Below, one piece after another: positions 1 to 15,300 of a DNA stretch of 64,000 bases. Source of the stretch: Eledone cirrhosa. Its lineage: Eukaryota. How positions within the stretch are numbered: the stretch's first letter is position 1; each line of letters begins with the position of its first letter. The stretch is taken from positions 295,058,001-295,122,000 of the forward strand of contig OZ024743.1 of NCBI GenBank assembly GCA_964016885.1, given 5' to 3'. The translations under genes were made by a program, and so were the position numbers. The notes beneath the pieces are model-generated. The model did no database searches, was not told the DNA's origin, and was given only the letters and a program-made list of their open reading frames with translations.

Positions 1-826
<826 letters not shown>

Positions 827-1253
827 TAGTTAATATAAATTAATATATTGGATAAACACAAATACCAACATATCCGTGTTTGTATTGTAAATGACTAAGT
901 TAGCTAGATTGAAAAATACTAATTATAATAATACAGTTTGCTTGTCTCGATTTAAATAATAAATCAATAAAAACAAAGCATATTGGCAAATGGCCGTGGT
1001 GCTTGGACAAATTTAAATTTCAAAATCAAACCTATTCCGTAGACAGGTTTAAACCTTAAAATCCAAATAAGTTTCGAAAAATGAAAAAGTGAAAGAATAC
1101 CGCATTTAGATCTCCTCAGCAAGCAGTAGAAAAATTGGTATGCTTCACTTCAAAATATTTAAAAAGACTGGTTAACGCACATGGTTTTTCACACATGGTT
1201 ATCCAGTGTCTAGCTGCCGCATACTCGTGCGTATATATATATATGCATATATA

Positions 1254-1336
<83 letters not shown>

Positions 1337-1719
1337 CTGTATATAAATCTTAGAGAAAGCAAGATAGTTTCGTAGACAAAAAAAGAGAAACAAATTTGTA
1401 ATATGGCAATGAGAAACAACGTTTGAGCGAATAAAGAGTGGGTGACTACGTTATTGGGGTAGAATAGTTGAATATGAGATTTCCTTAAATGATAATCTCG
1501 AATCAGTCTGTCTAGTCACGAAATAACTGATCAATAAACAGCTTTTTCTCACTTCACCTTTCAACCAGTTTTATTTCGTTTGTTGTTTTCAAGTTGTGTT
1601 TATAATTACAATTATCAATTTTGCTTCCACTGTTGTTTTTGTGCCATTATACTAAACTATAATTCCTAGCACATTGTTTTTTTCCTAGGACTTGTAATTG
1701 GTTTTGTACGTGTATATAC

Positions 1720-1784
<65 letters not shown>

Positions 1785-1795
1785 TAGATATACAC

Positions 1796-1877
<82 letters not shown>

Positions 1878-1878
1878 G

Positions 1879-1931
<53 letters not shown>

Positions 1932-1938
1932 GTATATA

Positions 1939-1983
<45 letters not shown>

Positions 1984-2339
1984 TTTATATATGTATATGT
2001 CTGCGTGTGTGTTTACATATACATATATATATATACATATGTATATGTAAACACACATATGTAAACGTATATATATATATGCGTGTGCGCATATATATAT
2101 GTGTGAGTATTTATATTTGTGTATGAGGACAGGATTTTCTTTAAGATATGGCGTGTTCAAAATATCAACGTAACATTGGAAACAATTTTCCGCGAGGTTT
2201 TACGGTTTAACGATCTTTATGTACTTACATTATTATAAGTACCCATAAAGTGCCAAACGTATCTTCACTTATAGTTTTCCCCTTGGTCATTACCTATTCC
2301 TGATGTTATCATTAATTTGTTTCCTATAATTTTCTTGCT

Positions 2340-4606
2340 GGAAATATAAATATCTCGTATGTGGATGATTATAACAGTAAAATCCCTACAAGAATAGGTG
2401 CTCTAGGAATGATAAAAAATATCACTGAGAGATACATAAACACAATTTCGGGCTTACAAATATATACAGCATACAGAAAATAACACCTTTAATAATTGCA
2501 TACCTATTGCACATAGTATTCTGAAAGCAATAGAAATAACATCACGCAGAACTCTGTCGTATGATGTACCGAGGAAGGCAATGTCATATCCATTTATGCA
2601 TCTCACACTTAACATTCCCATGTTGGTGATAAGGTTTACGAGAGAAAAAAAAGTTGGGGGATACTTACCCTCACGTTGTTGAAGAAAGCTGAATGGATGA
2701 AGGATTTGAAGGAGAATAATACAATGTGAAGAAAAGTGATATTGAATTAATAACAGAAATAAGTAAAGAAAATTCCCAATTGAAGGTTCTTGGACGTAAT
2801 GGGGTACAGGGCTTTTGGTTGACGAAGTTGACATCTTTACATGAGTGAATCGCATCTCAAATGAATGACATATTAAACAACCATGAAGAGTAACCTATAT
2901 CGGTGAAACAGTCGGACTGAGTTCTGTCAGAAAGACGCTGCTAAAGGCAATGTTGTAGATAATTCTAGACCCATGTCTCGTTTGTCACTAATGCGGAATC
3001 ATATGACGGGAATCATCGCTGAAACCGTGTATAATTTCCGTGAAGATAATGAAGCTCTAACGGAAGAGCAGAAAGAGTGAAAATAGAAAAGCATGGAGAG
3101 AAAGGGTCAATTGCTAATTAATGAAACAATCCTTCCAGATTGTAAAAAAGTGGTACAAAGACTTAGCCATGCCGTGGTGAACAATAGGAAAGCTTAAAAC
3201 GAGGTACCTCATAGTTTAAAGCCCTTCTTATTTGTCATCAACATTATCCTCTTGATACAAGTCCTTAGAAGAGTGAACAGGGGATACGTGCTAGATGGTA
3301 TTAAATCATCCATTATTTATTAAATCATCCATTATTTATGGATAATTTTAAATTATTTAAGAAAGAATAAGACGAAATTGACAGCTTAACATCAACTGCA
3401 AACCTGGCTAGTCAGGGTATTGGGATGGATTTTGAAATAAAAATATGTGCTGTTGTATACTTGAAATCGGAAAACTAACGCGATGTTGAGGGATTCGGCT
3501 TGCAATTGAACAACTTATTAAAGCAGTGGGAGAAGAAGTATACAATTATTTAGGAGTCTTTGAGTTGGAAAAGATCCAAGAGAAAGAAAAGATGTTAAAA
3601 AAGAATACCTCAGGCGAGTAAGATTTGTAGTAACGTATAGGTTGAATGTAAGAAATAAAACAAAAGCAATTAATACATGGGCTGCGTCTCACAAATGCTA
3701 TGGGGCAAAAGTTATTAAACGGAGGAAAGATGAAGTGGAAATTATTGATAGGAAAACTAGTAAATTGATGGCAGTGGATAAAGAACTCCACTTAAAGAGT
3801 AATGGCGCAAGACTTTATGTTGGAAAAAAGAAAAGAGGTAGAAGACTACAACGAAGACAAAAATTTAGCAGGGTACCTGAAGAATGTAAGGGGTAACATC
3901 ATATCAAAAGTAAGAGACCTCAACGCACCTACAACTGCTGATGTAATAGTACCTAATAAGTACATGTAGAGAGTGTAAAAAGAACTTTTAAAGGAATGGG
4001 GTAATAAACGTATGTATGGACAGTACATTAGAGAAAAAGTAGGCATTGTTTGGGAAAAGATGCACTGAAGCTCAAGTGTGCAGCGCTAAGGAACAGACTC
4101 GTGAACTAACCACATTAATCATGTTAACAAAATGATAAAATCACCCACGTAGAGAATGTGTGGAACAAACAGAGAAACTGTCAGCGAGCGTAAAGAAGAT
4201 GGGATAATAATATGGCCAATTTTTCCATTTGATGATATCTGAGAAATGTGTGTTTGTCAGAGAAACTAAATGGTATGTGATGAGGCCAGAAGTGGTATTA
4301 GCAAATGATGAATTTAAGCTTTTGTGGGATTTGACGTTTCAATGCCATAGAATTATTGAGGCAGGGCGGTAAGACATGTTAGTTGTGAACAAGAAGAAAC
4401 AGTAAACCCAATTTATCGATATATTTATCTCAGGAGATAGTAGAGTGAGGGGTAAATTTGTTTTAAATGATGGAAAATAATGAGCCCCTGAAAGAGGAGT
4501 TGAATGGTTTTGGTGAGGGATGAAGACGAAGAGGGTTTAACTGATTTCAATGGTGATCGGATAATTGGGATACTCATGGGTCAGTTTTGAAGACTGTGTA
4601 AATAGA
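2340..4606 (+). mobile_element. Degenerate R4/Dong-like (RLE-type) non-LTR retrotransposon, RT to endonuclease
   Basis: Broken-frame motifs: GVQGFWL (~2800), KGNVVDN.RP (~2945), FMDN(D)FKL (~3335), YNYLGV (3541), KAINTWA (ORF 3642), RMCG..RETV (~4150), LWD..FQC (~4320). Many stops and frameshifts. Confidence 0.75.
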
Positions 4607-4636
4607 ATGTATGTATGTATGTATATATGTATGTAT

Positions 4637-6060
4637 ATATGTATGTATATATGTATGTTCTTCTGGTTTTATAATTTCACAAAGTTTTACCAATAGAGAG
4701 AGAGTCGGTTTCTAACATAGACACAAGACTCTCTCATTGGAATTTACACAACATCAACTAGGTAGATATGTATGTATGTATGCATGTGTAGATATGGATG
4801 TTATTGTATGTGTGGATGTGTATGTTTTGAGTTGTATGTGTGCATGTGTATATGCTTTGCATCTGTACATGTGTATATGCAGTTATTAGATGCAAAATGT
4901 TTGGAATGTTTTACATATTTTTACTGTTCCATTAATGGATTGTACTTGTAATTTCCTAACTAGTTGTGCTCTTTCTGTTCCTCTGAAGCCTAGCATCTCA
5001 AGATTTGTATTGAGGCAGTTACTAACATACCACAGTGCCCTAATAATCACAGGCATAAATCTGAAGGTGTAAGCAGAGTGGAGTGTCTGCAAATTTCTCA
5101 TCAGTTCTGCATAAATATTCTCCTTTTCACTAATCTTTGGGCATCTGCTGGGCAGGTAATTTCCACTACTGTGCATGCTTTCTTCTCCCTGTACCATATC
5201 ATAATATCTGGTCTGTTATGCCTGCATTTTATTGGGGTTTTTACTGGAACATTCCACCAGTACTCTTTCATATTATGTACATGGATGTCTTCCACATTGC
5301 TATAGCTTTTAATGTGTTTATTATCGGGGCTACCCTTTTTACGAACTGCATTGTACAGTGTTTTGGCCACTACATCATGCCTCATAGGTAGATAGTACCG
5401 TGATGACATCTTTGGGCAGCTGCTGATGACTTGGGTGATATCCTCGACGTTAGTTCTGCAGAGTCTGCACTTGTTATCACATCTAGGTGTTTTGCCTGCA
5501 TCCCTATCTCTTTTGAGAATCAGGTATTTCGTGTTAATCTCCTGTTCTTGGATTGCAAAAGCGTATCCTTCAAAGTGGGAGCCAATATATCTATCTATAT
5601 TACTCTCACTCTGGAGTTTCCTGGCAACATATCCATGCATGATTTTTTGCTAAGTATGTAGTTTTTCATCCATGGATTCACTGCGATACTGCTGAGCGAC
5701 TTCCCTGGGTGTGAGTTTTCGATTATCACACAGGGAATATCTCTCGAGGAGTTCCTTCCCAACTCTCATGATCTTATCTACTTCATACAGATAGACTTGC
5801 TCGAGAAACGGGCTCCTACGCTTCGAGGTTCGTAGATGTCGGAGAGATATGATGCGACATTCAAATGTTGTCTGGACTGATGTTAGGCCTCTGCCTCAAG
5901 TAAAGGGGGTCCATGTCACTGTTGATGTGGAAGTTTCCGGTGTTGTTTAGTATTTCTCGAATTCCAACATCAACTGCTCGGATTTCGTCTATCGTCCATT
6001 TGAGTATTCCAAACATTGGTGTTAGGACAGGCACAGCAAACACATTGTGAGCCACTGTTT
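4637..6060 (-). mobile_element. 5'-truncated R4/Dong-like retrotransposon (C-terminal CCHC + RLE) with (CATA)n tail
   Basis: ORF 5101-5640 contains AIQEQEINTKY, CRLCRTNVEDITQVISSC, RHDVVA, WWN and NRPDIMI; ORF 5861-6055 contains HNVFAVPVLT. 3' UTR runs into the (TATG)n tract at 4607-4637. Confidence 0.85.
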
Positions 6061-6235
6061 TGTTTTGCGCAGAGAGTTCCGATGACCAGATCTTTCTTAA
6101 TCGGGTGTAGTATTCCCTGGTTATTCAACATGACTGTAGTTGTGGCATTACTGTCGGAGATGGTATTCATCTTAAATTTAATAAATAGTCTCCCACGCCA
6201 AAATATGCGACTGATCGCGTTGGCTGTATGTATGA

Positions 6236-6440
6236 ATGTATGTTCTTCTGGTTTTATAATTTCACAAATTTTTTCCCAAAAAGGAGAGAGTCAGTTTCTA
6301 ATTTCCACTACTGTGCATGCTTTCTTCTCCCTGTCCCATATCATAATATCTGGTCTGTTATCCCTGCATTTTATTGGGGGGTCTTACTGGAACATTCCTC
6401 TTTCATATTCTGTACATGGAACTCTTTCATATTATGTACA
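6236..6440 (-). mobile_element. Internally deleted second copy of the 3' end of the 4637-6060 element
   Basis: 6236-6300 matches ~4632-4713 and is joined directly to 6301-6420, which matches ~5158-5283. Confidence 0.85.
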
Positions 6441-6441
6441 G

Positions 6442-6472
<31 letters not shown>

Positions 6473-7544
6473 GTGTATGTGTATGTTTTTATTTATGTAT
6501 GTTTGTTTATATGTATGTAATCGTCGGCGACTAAACTGGCAACCACGCTAAGCCTGCTTGACGAGGAGGTTGATATTTTGGGCACTCTGTGGGATGAAGA
6601 ATAAAAGCTGTCAAAGGGCTGTGGAACTCAGGAGAGTCAACGGCCATCCAAACTCTAGCCGCAGAGTACAATATAATAGATAGGTGACCAGCGCAGGATA
6701 GCTCACTACAGTTTTAAGGTTTGAGGGCCCCAGAAAGTCGTTTACGTAACCCGCTTCAGATGGTGTCTCAAAAAAAAATCGATGCTGCATTTCATATGTC
6801 TCTTGCAGGCTGGAATGATATGGGTCACCAGATATAAAATTTTAACATTTATTCAGGTAAAGAAGACTCTATTTGAAATCAGACTGCACAGAGCTAGAGA
6901 AATATTCAGAGCATTGCTTCTCACATTCGGACAATTCCAATATACTGGTACTATATTCGTAGACCCCGAATTGATGAAAGGCAAAGTTTACCTTGAACGG
7001 ACTTTTGAATTCAGTGTACTGAGACATGGGCAAATACCTCAGGGTATTTAATCCAACGTCTTAACTACTAAGAGATGGATGGAATTTCAGGGAGAATTTC
7101 TTGATATTTCTAGTCGGTCAAGCAACGACGTAGAAACTCTATCATTTGGTCAGTTATCTATAAGTCCATTGGCTAGTTGTCAATCTTTTAATATTTAACA
7201 TTGTACGATTCAATTGTATATGTATAGATACACAAACAAATAAATACATGAATAAATAATCACAGATTTTCCTTACATTTCTTACATCAAAGACGATTAC
7301 ATTTTACATCGAATTAGAAATATCTAAGTGTTCAACATGCACATACAAAGCTATCCTTTAATGATGTTAGAAAGATGAACACGTTAGAACATGAGAAGTA
7401 TGAATAAACATCGATAATTCTAATTCTATGCAGTTTCAGCATAAATTATCATTGTTCGATGAGGTAACAGAAAGATATAAGCGAATCTATGTCTAATATT
7501 TGGTCTCATATGAGATATTCAGTTTTATTATTATTTCATACATT

Positions 7545-8168
7545 GGGCGGTGGATTGGCAGTTTCAGTAGAGTGTCGGACGCCATGCTTTGCACCATAGA
7601 GTTACAGCCCTTTAAGGTCTGAGTTCAAATCCCGCCGAGGTTAACTTTGCCTTTCATCCTTACGAAGTCGATAAAATAAAGTACCAGTAATGTACTGGGT
7701 CGATTTATTCGACTCTCCCTTCACCCCAAATTACTGGCCTTGTGCCTATACTAGAAATCATTATTATTTTATAATTTGGGCGCTGGTTAGGCAGTATCAG
7801 TAGAGGATCGGACGCCATGCTTTGCAGCTTATAATTACTCCCTTTACGGTCTGAGTTCAAATCCTGCCGTGGTTAACTTTACCTTTCATCCTTACGGGGG
7901 TCGATAAAATAAAGTACCAGTAATGCAAAAGAATAATTACTGGCCTTGTGCCAAATATAGAAACTATTATTTTACACTTTGGGCAAAGTCGTTAGAGCAC
8001 CAGATATGTGTTTTGTGGCATAGATTTACCTCAATTTACGTTATGATTTCAAATCCCACATAAGTTAGTTCTGCCTTTCATCATTACGTAGTCGGTAAAA
8101 TAAAGTAACATTAACACAATTTTATCGATTTTCACCTCCCCCCAAATAATGTCAGCCTTTATTATTTT
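7545..8168 (+). mobile_element. Three head-to-tail copies of a tRNA-derived SINE (7545-7768, 7778-7971, 7981-8168)
   Basis: Each has an A-box-like tggcagt..gtagag, a B-box gagttcaaatcc, a central ctttgcctttcatccttacggggtcgataaaataaagtacc (Meta-domain-like) and an (att)n tail. Confidence 0.9.
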
Positions 8169-8677
8169 ATCGATTTACAGTTTTTTTTTCGTGGATCTAA
8201 TCGATCCCAGTCTGGTACTTGATGTATCGTCCTGTAATAACACAGCATACGCAGAACCAATTATTATGAACTACAATTCTCACCAATTGAGAAAATTGAA
8301 ATTAAGCGTCTATGGTGTCCTACCATGACAGTGATGCTTCCCACCCAAAGCTAAGCACGTGGTCAACAAGGAAGTACAATCAACATTCTGATACTGATGA
8401 TTGTGAAAGCTTCGTACCTATATACAATGGCTGACTGGCCAGATTGCCAGGTTGCCCAATGGCAAGTGGACCCGAGGAGGCCCACTGTATCATTGCATGA
8501 GCCCACAGTAGCATTGCAAGGCCCACTGTAGTATTATAGGGGCCAATGCTTTGCTTCCAAAAAAGACCTGAAATCTAAGACAAAGAATTATTTGAAAAAG
8601 AAAAAAATTAAGCAAAGCATTTGGTCAACCAATACTCCAAAATTTAGAAGTTCCTTCCGTCTCAGCATCACAGTCTC

Positions 8678-9344
<667 letters not shown>

Positions 9345-9348
<4 letters not shown>

Positions 9349-9644
9349 GGAAAAAAGGAAATTTCATTTATCACTCTTAGTACGACTGATGACGGTGCTG
9401 ATGACAGCTAATAAGCTAGAAACTAGTTCATCGTTCCTTTGTCAGTGTTGAACAAATAGGGCAGCGATGACTGCCGAACACTGTACGGCTAATAATTCGG
9501 GCTGTTTGTTTACAAACAGACCGAGCATTATAATAAATGTTCGGTAAACCCATACGTACATATATATATATGTGTGCATGTATGAACACACATACTACTG
9601 TACGGCTGTACACATGTATGTAAGCACGTATACATACTTACATT

Positions 9645-9650
<6 letters not shown>
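9345..9650 (+). mobile_element. HHR-bearing non-autonomous element (family B), homologous to 53098-53870
   Basis: 9392-9645 aligns with 53548-53818; 9345-9384 is an inverted copy of the family tail (53829-53870). Confidence 0.85.
9392..9434 (+). ncRNA. Type I minimal hammerhead ribozyme
   Basis: acggtg-CTGATGA-c agct aata agct a-GAAA-ctag-TT-catcgt; stems I and II pair, stem III is the palindrome ACTAGT. Confidence 0.85.
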
Positions 9651-9721
<71 letters not shown>

Positions 9722-10228
9722 TTGGAGAGGGTCATATTTGTGTAATAATATTGCCAGAATTAATAATAGAACACACTCACTGTTTGGTTGGTTTTCGCTT
9801 CTGTGTCTTTTATATCGGTTAATTTAATTTATTCGGTCCTCAATGTTGCCATTGACTCACCAACGGTCAAAAATACAGATACAATATAGATACAAACACA
9901 TATATATATTCTATCAAAGTTCTTTCGTTGCACATCTGCAACATCGTCAGTGGTGCATTATGTTTCCTCCCGTTGCATTGTATGCTTACGCCATCTTTAT
10001 TTAGTCTGTTTATTTATTTATTTATTTATTTATATATAGAGAGTATGTCGCTATGGGACGTAAGTATCGATGTCAGAATTATAAACTCCGTAGTACAGAA
10101 TGCAATGTATATTTAAAAGTTGGCACCTCTTTTGAAATGATTTTTCTATCTATACGTATCTATGTCTCACTTTTTCTCTTTCTCTATCTCTCTCTCTATC
10201 TCTCCCTCTCTCTCTCTCTGTTTCTCTC

Positions 10229-10358
<130 letters not shown>

Positions 10359-10434
10359 AATATTGTATTCATATAATAATGATTTCTTTATTTATTTATT
10401 CATATATGATAATGAAAAGAGGAGAGTGAGATCG

Positions 10435-10568
<134 letters not shown>

Positions 10569-11177
10569 TATAAAGAGATAGCAAGGCAGATATACAGATA
10601 GTTAAACAAAATAATAGAAAAAAAAAAAATACCGTAATACGGAAATGAAAACGCGAAACCCACTATGAATAATTTTTTAAATCGAAAGATACTGGGAGAT
10701 ACGATTGAGATTACAATTTGAAAACATAAAAAACGTTAGACGTAACAAGGAAAAAATACTAAAAATACAAATAAATAAAGAAAGAAAAGAAGAAATAATG
10801 AAAGAAATATAGGAAGAATAATGAATGAATGCAAAATATAAAGTTAGTTGAAACCAGACTATAAAATGACCATGAATCGAACTGAAGTATTGAAGCAGAA
10901 TGCTACAATTATATATTTAAACTTTTGGAATATTTAAAAAAACTTCGCCTTCATGATGAATAGTACTTCGTTCTGCAATTTTACAACGAAAGGTTAAATA
11001 CAATTTCATTTTATGAATTATAAAACATTGAAGTAGAAATAAAAATTTAAATCTTTCCTTTCATATTATATTTATTTTATTTATTTATGTATATGTACAT
11101 TATTTATGCATCTCTCTGTCTCAACCTCTTTTTCTCTCTCCTTCTATTTCTCGTTCCCTCTCTCTGTCTCTCTGATA

Positions 11178-11260
<83 letters not shown>

Positions 11261-11564
11261 GCTCTCCACATTCTCTTTTTTCTTTGTTGTGAATATCCAA
11301 CAAAAGTTCCTCCTGCAAACAATTTAATACTCTTGGGTTTTAGAAAAATAGTTTCTGTCTCGTAAGATTTTTATCTAAATCGATCATCAGATACCTTAAC
11401 AGACCCATATTGCTTTCTTTCTTTTCAGTGACCAAACTTTCTTATCCTCCTTCATCACCTATTCACCTGTTTCCATTATTATTTAATCGACTTTCCCTCC
11501 CCCAAAATTGTTGGCCTTGTGCCTAAATCAGAAACCATTATTATATATATATAAATCGTCAGCT

Positions 11565-11780
11565 GGTTGAAACAGTATGGAAATGAAAACTTCAATATTT
11601 TGGTCATGTCATCAGGAAAATTTGACTACCACATCCTTGAGGGACGAACACATTGGAAAAGGGACAGATTATATTAAGGAATGGACAGGAAGGAGTTTGG
11701 CGGAATGTACGGAAATGGTGAGATTGGTGGTTCATACGTCTATGATCCCCGACCGTCATATATCAGGATGGGATGAGTGA

Positions 11781-11784
<4 letters not shown>
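11565..11784 (+). mobile_element. RTE-clade LINE 3' fragment
   Basis: KLQYFGHVIR-like and DYIKEWTGRSLAEC motifs; ends in (GAGT)n. Confidence 0.6.
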
Positions 11785-11817
<33 letters not shown>

Positions 11818-11859
11818 AGACTGGAATATCTTCAAGCCCTCACAGCACTCAGCCAATTG

Positions 11860-12752
11860 GGCAGTACGATGGACTTTATCGTTCCATAGAGGGTTAGTGG
11901 AGGGTAAGAGCGACGGCGTCGTTGGCGAGATTCTGGGCGTTGACGAAAATCAACAAGCCACTCTTTTAAAGAGGACCTTCAGTCCAGGGCCCATAGTTAA
12001 ACTTACAGATATCCCTGGCCTGGCAGTGCTACCGCGGAGCTTTGCCAATTCGAGATAAATTCTACAGGTATGAAAATGCCGCTATGTGCGCAGGGCAATG
12101 AAACCTTCCTGCATGCACTCATCTTGTGTCCGAATATTGCTGACTTTTGGGTTTATGTCGAGCACCAGCTGACAGGTGTACGATGGACTCGACTGTCAAG
12201 TGAGTCCATTGTGAAGATCGTCCCCACTATCTTCCTTAAAGAGAAATAACGGGTAGTTTTATCTACCTGGGGGCCATGGCAAAAGGGGTTGTGTGCTGGA
12301 CGAGTTTGAATGGGTTGAAGACAGTTTCCTCTTCGGTGAAGCCCCGACTAACATTTTCAGGATTTTACTTGAAGAGGAATATCAGGGTGGAGAGATAAGT
12401 GCTGCCTTCCAAGCAGTTTGTTAAAAGTTGGGTGAGAATGGTGAGTATAATCCGTGTGAATGGGCCTGCCTTGAGCATACATATGTAGCATGGAGAACAA
12501 CCAGGAGAGGGCACACGGTCCTAGTGGACAGTGTGACCGTGGCTTTTGTTGGATTTCTCCACGAGTGACTCTTGGTGGTTCCTCGCGTTATTGAATTGGT
12601 TATGTTTGTTTTTTTAATGTTTATTTTCTTAGACTCTATTATAAATTATATCTTACAGAAAAAACCCCACACTATATCGTCCTGTCCCATCTTTAATGTT
12701 TCCTTAATGTGAGCCCTGTGTGGCTTATAAAGAAATTATTATCGTTATTATT
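11860..12752 (+). mobile_element. Old 5'-truncated L1/Tx1-like LINE 3' fragment
   Basis: RGLVEGKSDGVVGEILGVDENQ matches ORF2 C-termini at 33538-34569 and 42530-43150; (att)n tail. Confidence 0.85.
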
Positions 12753-12754
12753 AG

Positions 12755-12932
12755 CGTATATTCAAGACCCTTCACGTTCTGAGTTCAAATCCCACTGAGG
12801 TTAACTTTGCTTTTCATCATTTCGGGGTCGACAAATGAAGCACCAGTAATGAACCGGGGGTCGATTTAATCATCTTTTTCCTCCCCAAATTGCTGGCCTA
12901 GTGCTTATAGTAGAAATTTATATTATTATTGT
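12755..12932 (+). mobile_element. 5'-truncated SINE copy
   Basis: gagttcaaatcccactgaggttaactttgcttttcatcatttcggggtcga. Confidence 0.85.
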
Positions 12933-13869
12933 TATCTCTTACTTTAGACAATGTAAATTCTTGCCTAGTTTTTGTCGGAACGTTTGTCTTGTTTTGTGGC
13001 TAAACCAACTATTGTTAGCTTTAAACGCAAGATATGTGGCAATAATATTAATACGATCCTCAATTTGATTTGAAAAAGGAAACACGGAAGAGAAAGAAAG
13101 TTTATCCTTCTATCCGTTCAGTAGAACAGCCAATGTTCACCTCAAAGATCAATAAACACAAAAGTCAACAACTCCTAATACTACTACAAATCACAAGAAG
13201 CAGCAGACTCATACAAAATTGGTTTTCAAACATTGCAATCATATGAATATATCTAGGCGTTATATTAGTATTGTTAACTAGTTTATCGCTCTTTGTTGAC
13301 GGGCTTTTCTAATCCACTGTTTCCAGCTGTCTATTGTCTGCAGCGTGCAGCTTGCAATCGCCTTTATACATTTTATTGTTCGTTTTTCTTGTCATAGCCT
13401 CAGTATCCAAGTAAATTGCAGTTTAGCAACATAGTAATGCAGTAATAATGCGATAGAAAGTCCCTTGAAGTATTCCTCTTTTAATTGGAATGTGCTCTAC
13501 CTTTATAACTCCATCTTCCGTCTGCATCTGCAGAATCGATTGTCATTTACTCAAGCTATGATTAATGAACATTTTACTGTTGCTGCTAATTTTTTCATGG
13601 CTAGCCTCTCCAATATACTCGAGTAGGGAACATTCTGCAGTAGAGTTTTTAATGAAGCTTTGGCCAATATGTGATTAGAATTGTTTTAGAAAATCATTCA
13701 AGTTATAAATAAAGGAGAAAAAAAAATAACAACAATAGTATATGGATTTATATCATGACATTTCGTGATGGTCTTGTTGTGGGGGTGACTCCTGACAATC
13801 ACGGTGTGTGATAGGGATGACAAGCACTAACCTCTTGTGATACATATTTTAACAATTAGATGAACATAT

Positions 13870-15300
13870 CACGATACACATTTCCAAATAGCTAGATGAA
13901 TTAATTCTGAATATTGCATCATATCCCTCCGACAGAATCTACAAACCACCAACTGTAGAGGTCCATGTATAGAACAAGTCTGTTTGCATGAGTCAGATAA
14001 CATCAGCTGAGTTGGGAAGGAGTTACTTGAGAAATACTCCCTATATTATAACGAAATCTCACACATCTATATGTGACAAAAGATGCAGACTGCGGGATAT
14101 TCGTCAACGACATCACCTCATCATAAGCAACTGTCCAACAATGTTATCATGATACCATCTAATACTAAGGCCAACACACGATAAACGTATTCCAAGAATG
14201 GATAGTACTCAGAACAAACATATAAAGAGTTACAACGATGTGGATAACATGCATACATATTATAAAAGATTACTGGTGGAATGTTCCAGTCAAAACCCCA
14301 TTAAAATTAAAACTTAACATATCAGACAGTGATATGGGGCCGAAAAAAAGAGGCCATGCAGAATAATGCAAATCAGCTGACAAGCATATGTTCCTATAAT
14401 GCTAAATATTACTGAAAGGGAGAATATTTACGTTGAACTAATGAGGAAACTGCGGATACTTCTCTTTGACTATACTTTTAGATCTGTACGTGTGATAATT
14501 CGTTACTAACTGCCTCAGTACAAATCCTGAGAAAATAGGCTCCCCAGAAAGAGCACTGCTAGTTAGGAAGTTACAATTAATGTAACTTTGTAATGTTTTA
14601 TAATATATGCATAAGGGTTAGAGACAGATGGAGATTGGTGAACCAGATTATGTCGTCATTTTTAGTATTTTTTATTGGCTAGAAGCCGCCGGGAAAACGT
14701 CTGAGGGAACAATCACGAACGACATGCAGCACTGTCTGGTCAGAGTCCCCAGAGTCACATTCTGGGCTATCTTTCATTTTCCATCGAAGGAGATGATAGG
14801 ATGTCCTAGCATGGGTTGTGCGAATTCGATTAAGAGACACCCAATACTTTCTAGGAAGTTCAAAGCCGGCTGGTTTAGATGTTGATGTCCAGGACAAATT
14901 TGGACTCATTCCATGATCTTTGCCATTCTTCCTCCAGATCAAATTTATTGTCTTGAAGCCGTCTTCAGAATGGAACTGTAAAAATATGTAAAACATTTCA
15001 GAAATCCAGCATGAAATAACTGCAAATATATCTATATATCTATATATATATAGAGAGAAATAGAAAGATATGCACGTGTACATATATCTCAAAACATACA
15101 TATACACACATTCAATTACACCTATACAGACACACCCAAACACATACAGACATAAGTCCACTTTTATCTCGTTGATGTTGTCTCAATTCCAATGAAAGAG
15201 TCTTGTTTCTATGTTAAAAACCTACTCTTTCTCTATTGGTGAAAATGTATAAAAAACATAAAACCAGAACATACATACATGCACATACATACCTACGTAC
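13870..15300 (+). mobile_element. Degenerate copy of the 4637-6060 R4-like family, interrupted at ~14600-15000
   Basis: tactggtggaatgttccagtcaaaacccca (14271) and the 3' UTR at 15165-15290 are reverse complements of 5236-5263 and ~4637-4757; (CATA)n tail. Confidence 0.75.
14640..14900 (-). mobile_element. Vingi/Ingi (I-group)-like LINE C-terminal fragment
   Basis: WVSLNRIRT...W...DSPECDSGDSDQTVLHVVRDCSLRRFPGG in ORF 14679-15161, a degenerate CCHC end typical of this group. Confidence 0.55.

Noticed and set aside
1040-1125. Minus-strand CTGAGGA...GAAA-ctta...taag as a hammerhead
   Set aside because: Stem I and II pairing and the cleavage triplet register do not fit; at best a decayed relic.
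6520-7051. GC-richer block and 89-aa ORF (6782-7051)
   Set aside because: May be a LINE 5' UTR or another repeat, but no motif could be identified with confidence.
7545-7640. tRNA genes at the SINE heads
   Set aside because: Only A/B boxes are present; no cloverleaf, and the sequence continues into a repeated SINE body.
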